A DNA stretch of 41,286 nt from Octopus sinensis (lineage: Eukaryota): assembly GCF_006345805.1 (NCBI RefSeq), contig NW_021835283.1:1-41286 (forward strand), in the 5' to 3' direction. Positions 35,340 through 41,286 of the stretch are shown one piece after another. How positions within the stretch are numbered: position 1 is the first letter of the stretch; the number at the start of each line of letters is the position of its first letter. Made by a program: the position numbers and the translations under genes. The notes below the pieces were generated by a model. It did no database searches, was not told the DNA's origin, and saw nothing but the letters and a program-made list of their open reading frames with translations.

Positions 35340-35685
35340 GATGCAAAGTGATGGAGTTTGTTTTGAGCATTGGGCCTCACAGAGGCAACGATTGGAGACC
35401 TTTGGCATTGTCATACTTGAGAAGAAGACCCGTCAAACCAAGATAAATTGCAGTCATGGCAGATACTGGTGTCATGCAAATGGCACCCATGCCCAGTGGC
35501 ACGAAAAGGCACCGTTTACACTCTAGGAGTGGTTGGCGTTAGGAAGGGCATCCAGCTGTAGAAACCATGCCAAAGCAGACTGGAGTCTGGTGCAGCCTAC
35601 CATCATGCCAGCCCAGCTCAAACCATCCAACCCATGCCAGCATGGACAACGGACATTAAATGATGACGACAATGATGATGATGAT
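35340..35685 (+). mobile_element. SINE family 'M', long copy
   Basis: GGAGTGGTTGGCGTTAGGAAGGGCATCCAGCTGTAGAAACC and an (ATG)n tail. Confidence 0.85.
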
Positions 35686-35734
35686 TTTCTGCAAATATTA
35701 TACAACTAGCGTACTTGAGCCATTAATCCTTTCT

Positions 35735-36315
35735 ACCATAAGTACAAGGCCTGAAATTTGTGGGGAGGGGGCTGGTTGATTACACTGACCCCAGTACTCA
35801 ACTGGTACTTATTTCATCGACCCCAAAAGGATGAAAGACAAATTGAACCTCGGCAGAATTTGAACTCAGAACGTAACAACGGGCAAAATACCTCTAAGCA
35901 TTTCATCCAGCGCTCTAACGACTCTGCCAGCTCACCACCTTTACCTCTGCCATTAATAATAACAGAACTATTGTTAAAAACCAAAAATGATGAAAGCTGC
36001 TGATAAAGAGAGTGAGGATGTGAATAAAAATACCAAAATACCAGGAAAATAAGAAAATTATTTTTATCACTCCCCAAACATTATACAGCAGTTTGTGTGT
36101 GCTTATATATATGTGTGTATCAAAATGCGTAGCCGTATTTCGTCTGCCGTTACATTCTTTGTTCAAATTCCGCCGAGGTCGACTTTGCCTTTCATCCTTT
36201 CGGGGTCAATAAATTAAGTACCAGTTACGCACTGGGGTCGATGTAATCAACTTAATCCCTTTGTCTGTCCTTGTTTGTCTCCTCTATGTTTAGCCCCTTG
36301 TGGGCAATAAAGAAA
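35735..36315. mobile_element. Two SINE family 'C' copies in opposite orientation (about 35735-35945 minus, about 36120-36315 plus)
   Basis: CGACCCCAAAAGGATGAAAG versus CTTTCATCCTTTCGGGGTC. Confidence 0.85.
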
Positions 36316-36580
36316 CATATATATATATGTGTGTGTCTGTCTGTGTGTCTGGACATGAATGAAAATGTTCATGTGTATTTGTGAGCGTATGCGTATTTGT
36401 CTGCACGTGTGTCTGCATATGCATGTGCATTAGTGCGCATATTTGATTGGAAATACATTTTCTTTGCAGCGTAGACATCAAAGACAACAAAGGTGAAGTG
36501 GGGAAGAACTTTCAAATTCTAATGTTCCATTATAACTTGTGACATAATTACGTGTGTGTGTGTGTGCATGTATTTATCCT

Positions 36581-36618
<38 letters not shown>

Positions 36619-36837
36619 TTATTTGGGGCAGATGAAAGATGCAGAGGAAATGTAGGCATTAAATAAATTGTTTACAAATATGGAGTTCAAAACCTAGGGT
36701 ATTCCTAACTGAGCTAGCAGACTCTATTAATAAAAACATCCAGCTCTATGAACTATATAGAGCACTCTTCTTTCAATCCTGACTTTCGACAGAAATTTTC
36801 AATACTACCTACCTACATATGCATAACTATACATATA

Positions 36838-37230
36838 TATCATCATCATCATCATTTAATGTCCGTTTTCCATGCTGGTATGGGTTGGACGGTTTGACTA
36901 GGGACTGGCAAGCCAGTAGGCTGCACCAGGCTCCAATCTGATCTGGCAAAGTTTCTACAGCTTGATGCCCTTCCTAAAGCCAACCACTCTGGGAGTGTAG
37001 TGGGTGCTTTTTACGTGCCACCGGCACGGGAGCCAGTGGGTCAGCACTGGCATCGACCACGTTTGGATGGTGCTTTTTGTGTGCCACCAGCACAGGAGCC
37101 AGTCAATGGGGGACTAGCATTGACTATGTTTGGATGGTGCTTTTTATGTGCCACCAGCACAGTGAGCCAGTCAGGCGACACTGGCATTGACCCACACTTG
37201 AATGGTGCTTATTACGTGCCTACAATGAAA
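36838..37230 (-). mobile_element. SINE family 'M' with 3-4 diverged internal repeat units
   Basis: GGTGCTTTTT(A/G)(C/T)GTGCC recurs at about 37003, 37069, 37136 and 37204 with different intervening sequence. Confidence 0.85.
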
Positions 37231-37324
37231 TGGTCCTTTGTCCAAGATGGTGTCCAGGCTTCACTAATTCACTGGACAACACAGACCACATGAGTCGCTC
37301 ATAAAGTGGGGCAACTCCTGACTG

Positions 37325-38240
37325 AAAGGAAACAACACTGCAATGGGAAAGTATTTTTTGTAGGCAAAGCACAATAGTGGGAAACAAATGCTGTGAGAAA
37401 GTATTGTTGTGGGATGGTAGAGTTATGGAAAAGCACTGTTACAGGAATGTATGATTGTGGGAAGGTAGAGTTGTGGGAAACTGTTGTTATGTAAAGGCCA
37501 CAGTGGGGATGGTACATTAAAGATAAGGTAATTTTGTGGGAAAGGATTGTTGTGGGAAGAAATTGTCATAGAAAAGTATTGTTGTAAGTAAGCATGGCAG
37601 TGGGAAGGTACTGCTATGAGGAAGTATGGTTATGGGAAAGAATTACTGTATAAAAATGTTGTAGTAGCAAAGTATTGTGGGTATGTATGATTATAGGAAT
37701 GTTTAGCTGTGGGAAAGTCTCACAATGGAGGAAGTTTTTGTTGTATGAAGGCATTGTTGTGGGAAGTTACCGTAATATGAGAACATATTTTAACCCTTTC
37801 ATTACTGTATTTATTTTGAGGTGTTCTGTGTTCCTTTCAATTACTTTAAATATAACAAAGAATTTAGTAAAATAATTTAGTTATCATTCAGCTAGTGTTA
37901 GGAACATAAATTATGACTAAGGTTTGGTGGAAGATTTCAATTCAAAACTTATGAAAACAAGACATATGTACTCAGAGCCAGAGCCGGTTTCAGCCAGGTT
38001 AGTAATGAAAGGGTTAATGGGAAAGCACTGGAGTGGGAAAATATTTTTGTGGGAATGTATAGCTGTGCGAAGGTATACTTGGAGTAAAGTATGACAGTGG
38101 AGAAGGTTGTTGTTGTAGGAAAGGATTGTTGTGCGAAGTTTACTGTAATAGAAACAGATTTTTATGGGAAGGCACTGAAGTGGGAAAATATTGTTGTGGG
38201 AGTGCATGGATGTGGGAGGGTATAGTTGTGGGGAAGCATC
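37325..38240. repeat. Old degenerate roughly 20-bp satellite (GTATTGTTGTGGGAA-like)
   Basis: Dozens of imperfect TGTGGGAA/TTGTTGT motifs. Confidence 0.7.
37794..38013. mobile_element. 220-bp piggyBac-type MITE
   Basis: TTAA|CCCTTTCATTACT ... AGTAATGAAAGGG|TTAA: a 13-bp perfect TIR with a TTAA TSD. Confidence 0.92.
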
Positions 38241-38539
38241 AGCGTGAGACGTTAGTGCATCGAAACCATGTGCTTCCCGTCAACCTAAGTAATCAATATG
38301 TATTTACACATTTTTCAGAGTCACGACTGGTTGAATTGAGAAGTCAAATTCAGACTACTGACCGAAGAGACATTGGCAATGCAGCAGCTGTACAGAAATG
38401 GGAGTGTTTCAGTTAATTCACCCCCTGAGTACCTTCAGCTGCACAAATGGGTAACTCTGAAAAGCAGCAAAAGTGCAGAACAATTAACAGCTGTTCACAA
38501 GGATTGCAGTGTCTGTGTGCATATTAGTAAAAATACATA

Positions 38540-38820
38540 CATCATCATCATCATCATCATCATCGTTTAACGTCCGTTCTCCATGCTAGCATGGGTTGGA
38601 CGGTTCGACTGGGGATCTGTGAAGCCAGAAGGCTGCACCAGGCTCCAGTCTGATCTGGCAGTGTTTCTACAGCTGGATGCCCTTCCTAACGCCAACCACT
38701 CCGTGAGTGTAGTGGGTGCGTTTTATGTGCCACCGCCACAGGTGCCAGACGAGGCTGGCAACGGCCACGATCGGATGGTGCTTTTTACGTGCCACCGGCA
38801 CGGAGGCCAGTCAGAGCGCG
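38540..38820 (-). mobile_element. SINE family 'M' with one full internal unit
   Basis: Near-identical to 5645-5900. Confidence 0.9.
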
Positions 38821-38857
<37 letters not shown>

Positions 38858-39071
38858 CATGTATGTATGTATATATATGTATATATATATATATATTATA
38901 TACACACACACACACACACACACATATAAATACAATAATGATGATGATAAGTTTATTATTGTTTGTTTTTAGGTCCATGTCTCCCTTGTTAGTTATGAGT
39001 TTAAGATGAAAAAAATGGACATATATATATATACAAACATGCACATACTAGTCTATATATATATGCATATA

Positions 39072-39303
39072 CAGTAATACCTCGACTACCGTGAGTGTTA
39101 TGTTCCACCCCACACCTGTGACAGGTGTGAAAATCCATGAAGTAGAGACAGTACTGTACTGTATATTATTTTTTTTTTTTATTTTTATGATTTGTATATA
39201 TTAATTTTATTATAAATGCAAAACAACAACACCACGGAGCAATCGAGCTAAGCTTAATCAACAAACTGCGATAGGTGGACCGCAATATGGCAAGGGATTA
39301 CTG
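39072..39303. mobile_element. 232-bp pogo/Tigger-like MITE
   Basis: TA|CAGTAATACCTCGAC ... GGCAAGGGATTACTG|TA. Confidence 0.75.
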
Positions 39304-39319
39304 TATAATATAATTTATT

Positions 39320-40100
39320 TCTTTAGTGTTCACAAGGGGCTAAACATAGAGGGGACAAACAAGGACGGACAAAGGGATTAAGTCGTTTACATCGACCCCA
39401 GTGTGAAACTGGTACTTTATTTATCGACCCTGGAGGGATGAAAGGCAGAGTCGACCCAGGCGGAATTTGAACTCGGAACGTAATGGCAGACGAAATACCT
39501 ATTTCTTTATTACCCACAAGGAGCTAAACACAGAGGGGACAAACAAGGACAGACTTAGGTATTAAGTTGTTTACATCGACCCCAGTGCATAACTGGTACT
39601 TTATTTATCGACCCCGGAAGGATGAAAGGCTAAGTCGACCCAGGCGGAATTTGAACTCGGAACGTAATGGCAGACGAAATACCTATTTCTTTATTACCCA
39701 CAAGGGGCTAAACACAGAGGGGACAAACAAGGACAGACATAGGTATTAAGTCGTTTACATCGACCCCAGTGTGAAACTGGTACTTTATTTATCGACCCCG
39801 GAAGGATGAAAGGCAAAGTCGACCCAGGTGGAATTTGAACTCGGAACGTAATGGCAGACGAAATACCTATTTCTTTACTACCCACAAGGGGCTAAACACA
39901 GAGGGGACAAACAAGGACAGACATAGGTATTAAGTCGATTACATCAACCCCAGTGTGTAACTGGTACTTTATTTATCGACCCCGGAAGGATGAAAGGCAG
40001 AGTCGACCCAGGCGGAATTTGAACTCGGAACGTAATGGCAGACGAAATACCACTAAGCATTTCGCCCGGCGTGCTACCGTTTCCGCCAGCTCGCCACCTT
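39320..40100 (-). mobile_element. SINE family 'C' with one head and four tandem 184-bp body+tail units
   Basis: CACAAGG at 39331, 39515, 39699 and 39883. The head appears only once, at about 40050-40099. Confidence 0.93.
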
Positions 40101-41286
40101 AATTGTGCACACATACACATATCAAATTTCTACAGTTTCTGTGCACCAAATTAACTCACAAAGAGCACAGTTCAGCCTGGGGCTATAATAGAATAAACAG
40201 ACCCAGGGTGGTGTACGATGGGACTGAACCTAATACTACATGATTCCAAAGCAAACTTCTTAACCACATAGCCAAGAAAGCACGTTTATGATTTGCTTCT
40301 TAAGTAACATTATTTTCCCATTCTCATTAATTGTTTTACTTGTATTTCAATCATTGGACCCAGGCCATGCTGGGGTACCAGCATAACAAAAAAAAAATAA
40401 TACCAAAAAAAAATGTTTTTAAAAATGATGGAAGGTGTGGGGGGGGGCTTAATTATATTCACTTCATCTCCATTGAAAATAGTAAGGTACATTTATGTTT
40501 CCGGTTAATAAAAAGTCCAGCCATGGGGCCCATGGGACCGGCTTGGGTTGTGAGTGGGGTAAGGGTGAGATTAAGGAAGGACGGCCACTTGCTCTTTCAA
40601 AAAACAGTGCAGCAGATCAATTATTTTGTTCTAGATCAGTGATATTGATTTTATTTAACAATAACAGCAACAGCCACTTTACAGGGCAATAAAATTTGCA
40701 TATGTGTGTGTGTGAGTATATATATATACACACACACACGCATATATACATATATATATATACACACACGCATATATACATATATATATATATATGTGTG
40801 CATATGGTAGAATTCAGGAGGTGTCAGGGTGCAGAGGTGGATGTGTGGGTTCGATAGAGCTGCAAATAGGTCATTACTATACAACAGAAACAGTGTGTGT
40901 GTGTGGTGTGTGTGTGTGTGAGTGTGTAGCATCTGTAGCTCGCACTTCAACCTCTCCTCTTCATGCTCCTCCCTCCTTCCTCTCCATCTAATTTACCAAA
41001 CCACCCCCACCCCCCAATAGATATATCTATAAACACTATCCACTATCGCACATCCAACCTTCATCTTCTGAAGACAATACCATGACCCTCCTGCCTGAAG
41101 CTATCACAATCCATGTTTGTTGATACTCAACTTACCTCAGTATTGTACCTGTTTTTATCTTCTATCTTTTACTTGTTTCAGTCATTAGACTGTGGCCATG
41201 CTGGAGCACCACCTTGAAGAATGTTTTAGGTGAATGCATCAAACTCTGTACTTATTTTTCTTTATTAAAGCCTTATACTCATTCTA

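Overview
Repeat-saturated eukaryotic DNA. The SINE families and the dense (TA)n/(CA)n/(TAA)n/(CAT)n microsatellites look like a coleoid cephalopod, probably Octopus; this is an inference from recalled repeat families. The only well-supported gene is a divergent Cdc42-like Rho GTPase on the minus strand. Its last two coding exons are 19863-19805 and 18482-18036, and I could not find its 5' coding exon in the window. The rest is intron or intergenic sequence. It holds at least four tRNA-derived SINE families, several MITEs with clear TIR/TSD signatures, a deleted DD37D Tc1/mariner element, an RTE endonuclease remnant and a decayed Ulp1-like protease ORF. There are also three minimal hammerhead-ribozyme motifs of the Penelope type and four tandem arrays (34, 63, 39 and 184 bp units) that grew out of mobile elements. 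Almost all ORF-track entries are microsatellite or tandem-repeat artefacts. There is no CRISPR array, rRNA or genuine tRNA gene.
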